Origin: the human T2T-CHM13v2.0 reference genome, Homo sapiens
Assembly: GCF_009914755.1 (NCBI RefSeq)
Contig: NC_060927.1
Direction: 5' to 3' (one strand)
DNA: 64,000 nucleotides
The position numbers and the translations under genes were made by a program. Below are positions 1-12,150 of the stretch, in pieces. Every line of letters starts with the position of its first letter. The first letter of the stretch is position 1. The notes under the pieces are model-generated. The model ran no database searches. It saw only the letters and a list, made by a program, of their open reading frames with translations, and was not told the DNA's origin.

Positions 1-959
1 GGATCAGAGTTGTGTGCTGAGCCTTTTATTCATACCTGGCTGTGGTTTTCCATCATTGATAGGTGTGGTGTTTTCAAGGAGATCTGGGGAAACTCTTTGG
101 ACTATTTCTCCTCCACAAATCAGTTAAGTGTTCATCGATCGTCCTTTCTGTTCAGTCCTGTGTAGATGTTTTGTAGGGAGGGGGCAGACAGGAGGTGCAT
201 AAAACTTGCTCCCCACTCCAGTGATGTCCCTGACAAATTAGGGAGAAAGAATGGTTTGATGATGCCCATTTTCAACTCTCATGTGGCAGACAGACAGTTA
301 TATATGTATATTCTTTTGCCGCCCTCTATTCAGTGTCTACCATAGATACGATGTATACCACTCTGCCTCCCTCCTCAGCCTTGGAGTATAAGCACCTTTA
401 GGGCAGGGACCATGTTTCTCATCTCTCTCATTCCTGGTACTCAGCTCAGAGTGTGGTGGGGAGCTGGCAGTCAGAGGCTTGTCCTTGAAGAAAGGAGGAG
501 CCTGCTCCACTTCACATGCTGTGTTGTGAGACAAATATTCTGGGAAGATAGCCCTGGATAGAAGAAGGAGGAGTAGTGGGGTCCTGGAAGAGGTAGTGTA
601 GGCAGTGGACCAGAGGGATAGGTGGGCTTTGTAGGAGTGGGAGGTAAGCGATGATGTTTCAGGACATGAACAGAAGCACAGAAGCTGGAGGTCCTGGAAA
701 GTCTAGGTGACAGGCTGAAGTGAGGAATCAGGCTGGTCAGGAGAGGGGAAACAGGTTGGCTCAATCCACAGAGCAGATAATGAAGGGCTTTAAGAGCCCA
801 GCTCAAGGGTCAGCATCATGCATCAAAGTAGAATATAATAGTGGCAAAGGTTTCTGAGGATTAGAAACAATAAGATCTATCTAGCTTCCTGAATTTTAAG
901 GATGTTGTCTGATTTCTTAAGGGATGCCTGAATAACTTGAAAAAATCCAGGTATGAAAA

Positions 960-1343
960 TATGAATCAGCAATACAAAGCAGTAAATTACTGATACAACA
1001 CGGATGAATCTCAAAATCATTATGCTGAGTGAAAGAAGCCAGGCCAAAAAAAAGTGCACATCCCATATGATTCCATTTATATGAAATTCTAGAAAATGCA
1101 AACTTATCTCTCAAGACAGAAAGCAGCAGATCAGTGTTTGGGCATTGGAGTGCATGGAAGGGTGGATTGTACAGGGACAGGAGGAAGCTTTTGGGGGAAA
1201 GAAGAATTCTTGTTATCTTGATTGTGGTGGTGATTTCACTGTATATACACTTGCCAAAATTGGTCAAAAATGTATACTTTAAATATGTGCAGTTTCTTCT
1301 ACTTCAATTATACCTCACTAAAGTTGTAAAACAAAATTTTAAA
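960..1343 (+). mobile_element. Old L1M (L1MB/L1ME-type) 3' end fragment
   Basis: GGATGAATCTCAAAATCATTATGCTGAGTGAAAGAAGCCAG, ATGATTCCATTTATATGAAATTCTAGAAAATGCAAA and TCAATTATACCTCACTAAAG match the L1M 3'UTR. Confidence 0.85.
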
Positions 1344-1464
1344 GGTTGGCCAGTTAATGTAATGGAATACCATAAGAATAGGGAAGTTGAGAAAAAAACA
1401 TAGTTTTTTTTCCTAAGGAAAATGGAATACTTGGTATATGTAAATTCACATAATTCTCTAAAAC

Positions 1465-1610
1465 AGCCTAGTGATGTAGGTATTGAATTGCCATTTTACA
1501 AATTCTGAACAGAGGCTCAGAGATATTCAGTGACTTACCCAGGGTCACACAGCTTCTGAGTGATGGGCAGAGCCAGCATTCTAAGATAGGTCTATCCGAT
1601 CCCCAAATCA
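1465..1610 (-). mobile_element. MIR SINE fragment
   Basis: CCATTTTACA...GAGGCTCAGAGA...GTGACTTACCCAGGGTCACACAGCT is the reverse-complement MIR core. Confidence 0.85.
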
Positions 1611-2867
1611 TTGAGCCATTTATTTTGTGTCTCTCAAAAATCAATGCTCTATCTGAAAGCATGCCCCAGTGCTCAGGAGAGAGAGATAAACTGATGAGCC
1701 AAATAACACTTCAAAATCTCAGAAGACTAAGTTGCTCATCTTTCAAAATGGGTTTGGGTTGGGAAAGGATTCTACCATATGCTTATCAGGATAACTTTAG
1801 CTCAACATTTTTAACTCAACCAACTGATGCCAAATGATTTCCTTCTTGATAGATGACACGTGGCCTTCATTTCTAAAGCAGTCTCAGCAGAACAGGAAAC
1901 GGGGGGGGTCAGAAATGGGTGTGGACAACTGACCTTCCACATGTATACCTATTGTTATGTTTGAATGTCTGATTATTAACATGTTTTATATATCATAAAT
2001 ATAAGTAAAAAATTTATGAAAGAAAGTAGGGTGGGAAGAAAAGTGGAAGGAAAGAAGAACAGACAGAAGGAAGAAAGACCTGAAGAGAATAAGTGTCCGC
2101 TCTGGGTTATATGCCAGGATGAGTGTGCTGCCATCTCCCCTCCCAGACATTCCTTTCACACTGATGCCCTGGGATCCTCTCAGATATCCAGCTGTTCCAA
2201 GAGGATTCTATTGCAATCACTAAACACCATTTCCCAGGTGTTTTAGAAAGAGTCTTCAGCAGTGCTACTTGAGAAAAAGTGCAGCTAATTGAGACACTTT
2301 TATTCCCTCAGTATTTTAGCAGAATTCAGATTCCCAAGTCCAAGACATCATTTCTGTGGTTTGTATATTGGCTTGAGGAAATGCTGATCAATTGTTTTGA
2401 TTTTCCTTCTTCTCACTATGCCCAGTTAGCATCTCCTGCTTCCCACCAACACCACTGACTAATTATCTCTTATGATACTGTCATCATGGCTATGGAATGT
2501 TCCATTAACAATTTCCGAGGGATTTAAATAAAAATGACTGTGAGCCAGGCTGGGGAACTAATGAATTAATCTTTAAGTGGAGAAAATCCAACTGATTCAT
2601 AGCAGCCTGTGGCATTCTCCACAGTCCCCTGAGGGAGCTGGACTCTTTTCACTCACCCTTCATACCCACCTCCCAGTTGCCTCTTCTGGGCAGCCTCCCC
2701 AGACACTCTCCTCCCTGATCCCCCGTGCCCTTTTCCTCTTCACCTGGGTCAGCTGCTGCTGCTCTTTTGCTGCGTTGATTATGCTGTGTTGAAATCCTCT
2801 GGAATCTTCACTGGCTGCTCCTTGAGTATGGTACATGTTATTCACACAGAGTAAGGTAGCCCCAGTG

Positions 2868-3082
2868 TAGCTAATGTGACTGCTTACTGTGTGCCAGGCA
2901 TGGTTCCAAGGGCTTTACCTGTATCTAATCCTTTAATCATCAGAATTCTATGAGATAAGCTGTGTTATTACACCTATTATATAGAGGAAACTGAGGCAGA
3001 GGTTCTGTTACTTGTCCAAGGTCACACAGCTAAAAAGTGGAGGTGCTGGGATTCAAACCCAGCCAGCCTGGATCCAAGCCCA
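2868..3082 (-). mobile_element. MIR SINE, near full length
   Basis: CTTACTGTGTGCCAGGCA...GAGGAAACTGAGGCA...CCAAGGTCACACAGCT...GGATTCAAACCCAG. Confidence 0.9.
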
Positions 3083-4539
3083 ATTTCATGGTTTTGTGTT
3101 TTTTTTTGTTTGTTTGTTTGTTTGTTTTTGCAGGGGGGCGGGGAGAGGAGCTGTATTCCCTGCAAAAAATCCACTGATTTGTATTTTTAAAATTTGGAGC
3201 CTTTCTTTTTGGTACCTAGTTAATCTCCCTTTGAAATTGGTCAAAAACTGAAGCCAAAAGAGTAGGAACAGCACCATAGCCTAATTCCATATCACAATCC
3301 CATCTGTGGCACAGCATTAACTGGGTCTCTGACCCTTTCATGGCTTCTCATTGCCTCCAGAATCAAGACCAAACACTTTAACAAACCTTCACTTCTTTTC
3401 ATCATTAACAGACAATGGGTGACTTAATGTTTGTTGAATGAATGAAGAAATAAATGAATGCATGCACACACAAAAAGATACATCTGTATGAGGGCTCAGA
3501 GTTCAGTAATTGCTGCCTTTCTAAAATCACATTTCTGCCAACTTGATCATGAAATAAAAATATAACCCTGCCAATAATCTCAGAGATATGTTTCCTAAAT
3601 ATCAGACAAGGTTTAAAAACCCAAAATATAAAATTTTATAAGGATTCTCATGTATGTTAAATGATGACAAATTTTCATATTGAGTCAGGTGAAATTCTGT
3701 TTTCAGGTAAGAAGCAGGGCTTATGTGGCATGTAAAAGGGTCTCAGAAGTCTCTTTGATCAGCCTACTAGATGCTGAGCAGCCATTTTTAAGGCTTTTAA
3801 AACTAGACTTTATGTAAAAGGTAGAGAAATAAGGATCAAAATTCCCTTTAGTGCTCTGATTTTGCTAATAGGCATCAGAAAAGATTGTCATTATCTTTCT
3901 GTATTTTTAAGATGACAGATTCTGGAGTTATCTCAGAACACCCATTTCGATGAAGTGTTTGAGCCTGTTTTGGAATGTGATCAAGTTCATCTCACAGTTA
4001 GTTCAGTGAATAGTTTCCCTGAGTCAGGCACAGCACTGAGCCCTGGGGTGAGGGGCTGAGGAACTGGAAATACAGGGAGTTTAAAAGGTGACTAAGAGGA
4101 CAGAGCTCTGCCTCCAGGGATCTTCCCATCCTCTGGGGCATTAACATAGTAGGAGGAGCCCACAATATACCCGAGCATTAGGAAGGGGTTCATTGATGTG
4201 GACTTTGGAAGACCAATGCATGCCTCTTAGATGGGGTGCCCTTTGAGGTGGGATTGAGGGACAGGAGGAGAGACCTCTACAAATGAGGAAAAGGAGGAGG
4301 TAGGGGGAAGGGAACACTCTCTTGTCTTCTGAGAAGTTCAGTCTATGGGGCAAATCACACACAAATACACCAATTACAATACAACCTACAAGCGACTGAC
4401 AAGGAAAGGCTTTCCCTGGTTGCGATCCTCCAGAGTCCTGGTTGACCGCTAGCTTTGGAGCATAGAATGGATAATTCAATGTCTAAGCCTAAGTATCCTG
4501 ATTCACACTTCCTCCTTGGTCTTCAAGCCACCTTTAGCT

Positions 4540-6295
4540 GCTACTCCTCTATCTGATGACCCAACGCCATGCTTTGTGAAAATAGAAGCTACCAGACAAC
4601 AGCTCCTTTACCATCCTTCCTTTAGTGGAAGCAATGTCCTCATGCCTTTCAGGGCTAATTTTTCACCTGATCTGCAATGATGCCCTCCTTTAACACCCCT
4701 CTCTCCCAGATCATTTTCATCAGCATACAAACAGGGCCAACTACCTGATATTAAAAACAACATAAAATTTAAATCCCTGTCTTTTCTTCACATCACCTTC
4801 AATTACATCCAAAAATCCCTACCATCCTTCTCAGCAAAACATTACTCATCTCTCTGAACACCAGAGTATTTTTTTCTTTAAAAGGGGGCTAATATTAATA
4901 GTTGTCCCATGTGGTTATTAAAAAGTGGACATGGATCCATGAATTCATGTAAAACATATAGAAAGAGCCTGGCCCGAGATGAGCTTTCACTATATGTTAG
5001 TGCTTATTACTCTCCAATGCCTTGCGTACTCATGGCCCCGCCTCCTCACTTTATTACTCTCTCTCCCCTCCAGGCTGTCCTCCCTTCCTAATATGTATCT
5101 GAAACTGCCTTTGTCAAGGTCACCAGTAAATGACCTGATGCTAAATCAGATAAGTGCTTCCCCTCCCCCCCCAACTTTCTGCTGGACCTCTCCCATCACT
5201 CAGCAATGCTGACTGCCCCTCCCCTTTGAAACACCTTTCTCTCCTGCATTCTGTGATTCCATTGTCTCTTGAACTTCCTTCTCAGTTGTCTTTGCTGCCT
5301 CCTTTTCTTCCACCAGACAGCCAAATAATGGAGTCTTTTATTCATTGTTTCTGCCCCTTCCTCCAAAATTATCCTCTGGGCCATCCATATGCTGGCAACT
5401 TCCCCCATCTCCAGACGAGATCTCTCATGAACTCCAGTCCTGCGTATTCCCCTGTCTGCTTGGCATCTCCACTCTACCATCTCAAGCACTTTAATCCAAT
5501 GCCAAAAGGAGAACTTTGCCGCCTCCTCACACCTCAAATGATTGTCCCTCAGTCATCCGTGTCTGAAAGATGAGCTTCCAACCACTCCAACTCAGAATCA
5601 GCCTTGATTCCTCTGCCCATTAACACCACAGTACAAGTCTCACCAGCTGCCGCTTGAAAACTTGTCTCAAACTGGTGTGTCCTCTCCATCTCCATCCCAC
5701 CTGGAGGACCACATGAGCCTCCTAACTGGTCTCCCTACTCCACCTCACCTTTCCTCAATGTATTCTCCACTCAAAGCTGGAGGATCTTTCTAAAACAAAA
5801 TCTAGATCATCTTTCTCCCCTCCTCAATTCAATTCAAAGACTTTCAATGTCTTTACAGTAAAAACAATGCCTCTGTCCATGGCCTATAAAACCCCCATGA
5901 CCTATCTAAGGCTTGCCTCCCAAGCACTCCTCTTGCCACCCCTTTCCTTGCTCAGGACACCCAAACCCTCTCACCTCTCTCCATTCCTCCAACAGGCTGG
6001 ATCCTTGCATGTGCTGCTCCTCCTCCTGGGAGCTGTTGCCTCATTCTTCCCATGGCTGTCAGCCGCTTCTTTCCTGTTACGAATATCCTGCCCAAAATAT
6101 CTCCTCCTCAATTAGGTCTTCTCTGATTCACCCAGTTAACTATGTTGTCAATATTTGTTTTTTTTCTTCTTCCCTACTAAAATAGAGCCCCCAATGTGCA
6201 GGAACATTATCTGCCTTGAGCATTACTGTGTCCTGAGTGACTCACATAGTGATGGACTCATTCCTCAGCAAATCTTTGTCCAAGAATTAACAAAT
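4540..6295 (+). mobile_element. L2 LINE, long degraded fragment (ORF2 remnant to 3' end), interrupted near 4830-5030
   Basis: GAAACTGCCTTTGTCAAGGTCACC at 5101 (RT motif ETAxVKVT), CTCCTAACTGGTCTCCCT, GGATCTTTCTAAAACAAAATCTAGATCAT and a 3' end with GCAGGAACATTATCTGCCTTG. Confidence 0.85.
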
Positions 6296-6389
6296 TGATA
6301 CCTTTACCCATAAGCTGCAACATTAATCTCTAGTTACCCCAGCACTTCAGGCCTGTTAGAACTACTGCATAGAGAAGAGAATCATGCAA

Positions 6390-6610
6390 GTTGCACAGTC
6401 AGAAAACTTGGATGTAAATTCACCTTGCAACCTTTATTAATCAAATGACATTAAGTAAGTTACTTAACCTCTCTCAGGCTCAATTTTATCATTTGCCAAA
6501 TGAGGGTGAGCATAGCAATATAGCCGTCATGGGGCTGCTGGGAGAACTACGCAAGATAATGTGTGTGTCTGTGCTTTAAAAATCACAAGGAACTTTCCAA
6601 ATAGTTAATG
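6390..6610 (+). mobile_element. MIR SINE
   Basis: AAGTTACTTAACCTCTCTCAGGCTCAATTTTATCATTTGCCAAATGAGGG core. Confidence 0.75.
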
Positions 6611-7289
6611 ACTAAATAAACCACAGCTTTCCACTTTGGAAGACTGTAAGAGAGTTTAGCCATTTATGAAGACAATGAGGCTGAGTCTCTGGTTGGTGGT
6701 TTGCCTGGAGTCACCCTGGCCTGCTGCCCAGGCAGTTAGTAAACTGTCCCTGCGGACTTAGAGTAGACGTGAGATAAACACTATTAGACCTCAGAACCAG
6801 AGTGGCACATTGATGGAGAAGCCTAGCAAAGAGGACTGGAATCAAGCTTGATTTGTCTTCCCTCTTTAACAACAGCATTCCCAGCCCAGTTGTGCAAGCT
6901 GAATCTTCAGGGTGATCAAATAATTAGGGATTCTTGGGAGAAGTGGATTTGAAAGAGGTATTGAAGGTGGTTCATTGGGTTGATAAGCAGGTGAACTCTT
7001 AGTGTAGACTGAGGGATGTAGAGTGACAGAGGAGAGGAGAGCACTCAGTGGGCAGCACGGAGGGGCAGTTGGCACTTTCCTTAGTAGGCCTAGCTTGAGC
7101 ACACTCTGGTCATTCCTACTTCCTATCCAGGCAAGGCTGTGAATTATCTTCACAGCTACAGAGCTCCTCCCCTTCCTCATGGGTAGGCCATGGACAAGCC
7201 AGTCAGTGACAGGGGCCTGTCTTCCACATACATGTATCACAAAGCTTAACATTGGATATGTCAGAGAAAAGGTGCTTGGGCTGAGCTGA

Positions 7290-7560
7290 GAGGAATGTCC
7301 CATGATGATCATGATGGCCTAAGTGAGCAGTGGAAAGGATGAAATTAAGATATATTTAGGCAGGACGGTACCTAGAACTTAGATAATGGAGTGGATGAGG
7401 GAAAGGATGAGTTGAGAGAGTCCCAGGGATGTTATCCTGAGAGATGAAGAAGACGTTGATACCATTTACTACGTGAGAGGAACCTCAGGAGGAGTGATGC
7501 TGAGGCACCCTGACAATTTGATTCTGGGCTTGTTGGGTCCAAGCATTGATGGGCACCTCT
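7290..7560 (-). mobile_element. L2 fragment
   Basis: Purine-rich reverse L2 pattern GGATGAAATTAAGATATATTTAGG...GATACCATTTACT. Confidence 0.55.
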
Positions 7561-7749
7561 GATGTCTTGAGCCAGTCCCTGACTGGCTGTTTTCTGGCTG
7601 AGAGCCAAATTCACCCTTTCCTTTGTCTACACTATATTCTTTCTATTCCATCCTCCTTCCACCTTTCCTAAGTTTTGTGAAGGCTCTAGAGTTTTCAGCA
7701 TCAAAGACTGAGATGCAAACCATGGGAAGAATATAAGACTGAAAGGAAA

Positions 7750-8040
7750 CCCAGATTTACTCTGTGCCCCATGGAAAGCACTGACCCTGGGCCTCCATTT
7801 ACTCATCTTCCAAAGGGGCAGTTGGACTGAGGGATCTCTAAGATACCTTTTAACATACGAATCTTGGGTTACAGCATGTTATAGCAAATGGAGTATGGTT
7901 TCTATAAAATCAAAAGTCTTGATTTGGTCATTCATGTGATGTGACTATGAAGTTACCTAGCTTCTGCGAGCCTCAGCTTGTCAAGCTGGCAAATAGGGGA
8001 AATAATCTAACCTAACAGGGTAATTACAAAGTTTAGAAAT
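7750..8040 (+). mobile_element. Adjacent MIR3 and MIR fragments
   Basis: CTGGGCCTCCATTTACTCATCT...TTGGACTGAGGGATCTCTAAGATACCTT, then GAGCCTCAGCTTGTCAAGCTGGCAAATAGGG. Confidence 0.6.
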
Positions 8041-8059
8041 TGTAACAGTCATGGGCTAA

Positions 8060-8330
8060 ACTGTTAATCTCAGTAGATTAAAATACAAAGGTTTATTTAT
8101 CCATGAATTAAAATAACAAAGGTTTATTTCTTACTCATGCTACATGCCTACACTGACTTTTGCTCCAAGTCTTTTTTACTGGAGGCCCCAGGCAGATGTC
8201 ACCTCCACCATTAAGAACATCACTGATCACCATCATCATGAAGGGTGACAAATTGTTCCCCAGCTCCTAAAGGCTTCTGCTTCCTCTGCTTCCATTTCAT
8301 TGGACAAGGCAAGTTATATGGCCTCCCCAA
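8060..8330 (-). mobile_element. Old MaLR LTR (MLT1J/K-like)
   Basis: ACAAAGGTTTATTTCTTACTCATGCTACATG...CATTTCATTGGACAAGGCAAGTTATATGGCC. Confidence 0.65.
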
Positions 8331-8475
8331 TGTCTTTTTTTTTTTTTTGCCTGTTGGGAAACAGAAACTCCATGAGCCTAGGAGATCAATTTCCCTCCCT
8401 GCCCACAATGTGTGAGTGTATCAAACCCCTGCCATCAATGAACACTCATTTTCTTTCTCTTCCCCTCTCTCTTTC

Positions 8476-8845
8476 TGTCTTATTCAGGTGAGGCTGCTAT
8501 AACAAAGTACCATAGACTGGGTGAATTATACACAACAGAAATTCATTTCTCACAGCCCTGGAGGCTGGAAGTCCAAGGTCAGAGTGCCAGCATGGTTGGG
8601 TCCTGATGATGGCACTCTTCCATGTTGCAGACTGCTGACTGCTTGTATTCTTTCATGGGGAGAAGGGGGTGGTAGAGCTCACTTGGGTTTCTCCTAAAAG
8701 GGCACAAATTCCATTCACAACGGTTTTGTCCTTATGACCTAATTACCTCCAGAAGGCCCCACCTCCTAAATGCTGTCACATTGGGGGTTAAGGTTTCAAC
8801 ATACACATTTGGGGTATTGGGGTCACAGACATTCGGTCCATAATA
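8476..8845 (-). mobile_element. MLT1A-family MaLR solo LTR
   Basis: GCTGCTATAACAAAGTACCATAGACTGGGTG...GGAGGCTGGAAGTCCAAG...TAATTACCTCCAGAAGGCCCCACCTCCTAA...CATTCGGTCCATAATA; flanks CTTTC/CCTTC form a near-match 5-bp TSD. Confidence 0.9.
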
Positions 8846-8889
8846 CCTTCCTTCCCTCTGTAAAATTTTCTAGAAATACCTGGTTTTAT

Positions 8890-10460
8890 ACAAGTTGTTT
8901 TGCCAGTTTTCTAGGAAAAAGCCATATCTTGCTTTTTTATATTCATTTTATTATAAGTGAGTATGATCACATGACCATATTTTCATATGTTTATTGGCTG
9001 TTCATATTTTTTCTGTAAATTACGTATTTTCTTTGCGCATTTCTTTGTGGAAATATTGAACTTTTCCTTATGGCTTTGAAATCAGCTTGTATAGTGGGTA
9101 TTTCAGCCTTTTATCCACCACATAAACTATTTCCCTTGGTTTTAAAATGCACCTTTCAATCTGTTTGTCATAGTTTTTCCTTTACAGAAAGGCTTCTGCC
9201 TTTCTTACCTCAAAATTATAAAAATATTTGCTCACATTTTTGTTGAGTATTTATGGACTTGTGTTATTTACCTTTAAAGTTTTGATCCATCTGAAATTTA
9301 TTTTGGTTTAAAGTGATATAAAGTTCTAGCTTTATTTTTTCCCTGAAGTATTACACAACTGCCCCAAGTTTTTTTTATTTTTAAAGTATGATGCCAGTTA
9401 TTTAAAATATGCAAATATGTAAAACAACATATATCACTTAGAGATAAGTACAAATACATTATAAGTATAAATGCTCAGAAATAATAAACACCAAACTCAG
9501 GACGACCATTGCCTTTGGAGGTACTGGAGAAGGAGGAGTCATATGATCAGAAATGAGGGACAAAGGAATCTTCAAATGTATCAGTAAAGTCCTATTTCTT
9601 AAGGTGAGTGGAGGGTTCATAAGCTCCTTAGATTACTCTTTAGAGCCTTTTATATGCCTGTAATACTTTAAATTCTGGTTTTAAGCAGCTAAAAGACCTT
9701 TGAGAAATAACTGAGACTAACTCAAGAATTGAGGCTATTTTAACTGAAATGTTATTATAATCCAATTCTTATATGTTGAATAGCCCTCTCAAACCCCTCC
9801 TGCTCTGATTTACAATATGGCCTTTATATCTGGATTTATTTATGAACTCTTCATGCTCTTCTCCTGACCAATGTGTCTTTTCTTGCATCTACCACCCGCA
9901 ACTTCATAGCTTTAACTATCTTAGAATCTAGAAGGGGGAACCACCTTCCTCATTGCTCTTTCTGTTCTGAAGTTGTCTGGATGTCCTCACATATTTATTC
10001 TTGAAGATGATCTTTAGAATCACTATGTCAGTTCCCTGAAAACCAACCCGTTGGAAAGTTAATTGAGATGTGCTATGTAGATCTAAAATGTTGACAGATA
10101 CTGGCAAATGGCTCTCTGGGAAATTTGAACTAATTTGAATTCTCAAAATTTCCTCACACTTCTGCTCACATCAGACATCATCACACTTTATCTGTATTGC
10201 CCTAACAGAAAATGATACGCCATTGTCATTTCAATTTCATATTTCTTTGATTACTAGTAAGGCAGAGCAACTTTTCAAACAGTCTCAGCTTACTTGTTAT
10301 ATTTTTCATGGATTGCCTAATTCACACTTTCTCCTATTTTAATTGGGATGCTCATCATTTTCTTACTGATTTGTAAGAATTCTTTATAAATTAATGATTC
10401 TGCCTCTTTGTTCATTATATACAACGCAAGTATTTGTTAGATGTATTTGCCTAAGTTAGT
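8890..10460 (-). mobile_element. Degraded L1ME-type fragments (ORF2 region), with a plus-strand L1 piece inside
   Basis: TTTTCATATGTTTATTGGC, TTGATCCATCTGAAATTTATTTTGG, ATTTCTTTGATTACTAGTAAGG and TTCTTACTGATTTGTAAGAATTCTTTATA. Confidence 0.75.
9380..9680 (+). mobile_element. L1ME-type 3' end fragment nested in the minus-strand L1
   Basis: ATAAACACCAAACTCAGGA...TTCAAATGTATCAGTAAAGTCCTATTTCTTAAGGTGAGTGG. Confidence 0.65.
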
Positions 10461-11262
10461 TTTCTCTATAGAGGTTTTTAAGGTTTCTGGCTCCGACCAT
10501 CTGTCCCTTTAGGGCTGGGTTTTACTATTTCTAATCATAGCAAAGGCTATATTGTCACATTCGTTTTTCTGTTAGTTCCTCATAACCTCCCTGTTAGGTA
10601 GACAGGAAAGGAAGAACAGGTTAATTTACAGATTGAGAACCTGAGCTCCAGGAGGATAAACAAGAACGAGCTGGGGCTAAGCCAGCAGGAGTGGTCAGGC
10701 CCACCCTACAGGCAGCCTCTGCACCACTGTGCTGGGTGGATGGGTGGATGGTCAGACAGACAGAGGAGTGCTGAACTTCAGGAGCTATTCCACAGTGTGC
10801 CCAGCTTCCTTCAGGTGAAATTCAAACCCTCCAGCTCTTCCACTATGAGGAGCTCTTTGGACATTAGTCAGAATGATTAACTTCTGGCTACTTTTTTTGA
10901 CTAAGAAACATCTGGACTCAATTTGTTGTGTTTGTTTGCCAAGTATTTTAAGCCAGTTTGGTGTTTATTCAGTCAGCCTCCGTCCTTGAACTGCTCTCCG
11001 CATCAACTCTGAAAGGCAATTTTGCACAGATATCACACAGCCACTCTGGGTGCTGGAGGACATAGAATCTCATGCCCACTGCTTGGGAACAGGGGCAAAG
11101 GATTTTGGGAAAAATGGCCATCTCTGGCACCAAAATTGTAACTAATATTAATACTTATTAACGTAAATGCCTTTGTTACTACATCTTCCCTTTCACTAAA
11201 TTTCCACCAATAACATTTACTTGATTCTCACAATGAGCTGGTGAATTAGTCACTACAGACAG

Positions 11263-11475
11263 CAGGAATTGGCAAATGTTTTTTTTCTGAAAAGGGCCAG
11301 GTAAATGTTTTGGGCTTTGTAGGCCAAGAGGTAAAATAGAGTAACCAGTCTCCTGAAAGGCTAGAGTCCTTTTCTAAATTAGGAGTTAAAAATGCCATTC
11401 TTAGCTCACAGGCCATATAAAAATGGGTATAGGGCTGGATTCGACCTGTGGGCTGCATGTGGTCTGCTGACCCTC
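11263..11475. mobile_element. MER58-family hAT-Charlie MITE inserted in a minus-strand MIR
   Basis: Ends CAGGAATTGGCAAA and TGCTGACCCT, internal AAAGGGCCAGGTAAATGTTTTGGGCTTTGTAGGCCA and CATTCTTAGCTCACAGGCCATA; MIR sequence resumes near 11500. Confidence 0.8.
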
Positions 11476-11617
11476 AGCATACAGCACTGTGACCAGTGAA
11501 CAAATTAGGAAACCAAGGCTCAGGGAAGCTATGTGACTCTACACAAATGACATTTTCCTTAGCCTATGTGGCTGATACGTGGGCTTCCAACTTCCATCAT
11601 GATGGCTCAACCTAATA

Positions 11618-11808
11618 CAGGTGGTTCTCAGCTTACCATGGGGTTTCATCCTGATAAACCCATTGAAAGTAGAAAATACATTTACCACTTACAATATTGT
11701 CATCTGATGTAACCCCAACATAAGTTGAATGTATTAAATGTGTACTGCTTTTATACAATTGTAAAGTCAAAAAATTACTAGGCAAGCTATGGTAAGTTAG
11801 GGATCATA
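11618..11808. mobile_element. Tigger5/MER47-family TcMar MITE
   Basis: TA-preceded CAGGTGGTTCTCAGCTTACCATGGGGTTTCATCCTGATAAACCCATT and a right end GTAAAGTCAAAAAATT...GTAAGTTAGGGATC. Confidence 0.75.
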
Positions 11809-11904
11809 ATTCATTCACTCAAGTCAACAATTTACTAAGCTTCTGCTATGTGCTAGGCATTGTGCTATAGAGGTGGGATATTGTAAAATAAAAAATAAAC
11901 TAAA

Positions 11905-12150
11905 TACATAGTGATTTTAAGCCCTGGCTCTGATTTAGACAGGCTTGCACACAATTTCTGGCTGTATACTAGCTGTGTGATTTTGGCCAAATCACTTAAT
12001 ATGTGTAAACCTCAGTTTCCTTATCTGTAAAATGGGCCTAATATAGTTTATTTATAAAATACATGTAATAGTTCATTTACTAATGTAAATATTTGAGGCC
12101 ATAATCTATGTAAAGTCCTTAAAACACACCTAGAATATAGTGTCCATTAG
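11905..12150 (+). mobile_element. MIR SINE
   Basis: ACTAGCTGTGTGATTTTGGCCAAATCACTTAA...CCTCAGTTTCCTTATCTGTAAAATGGG. Confidence 0.9.
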
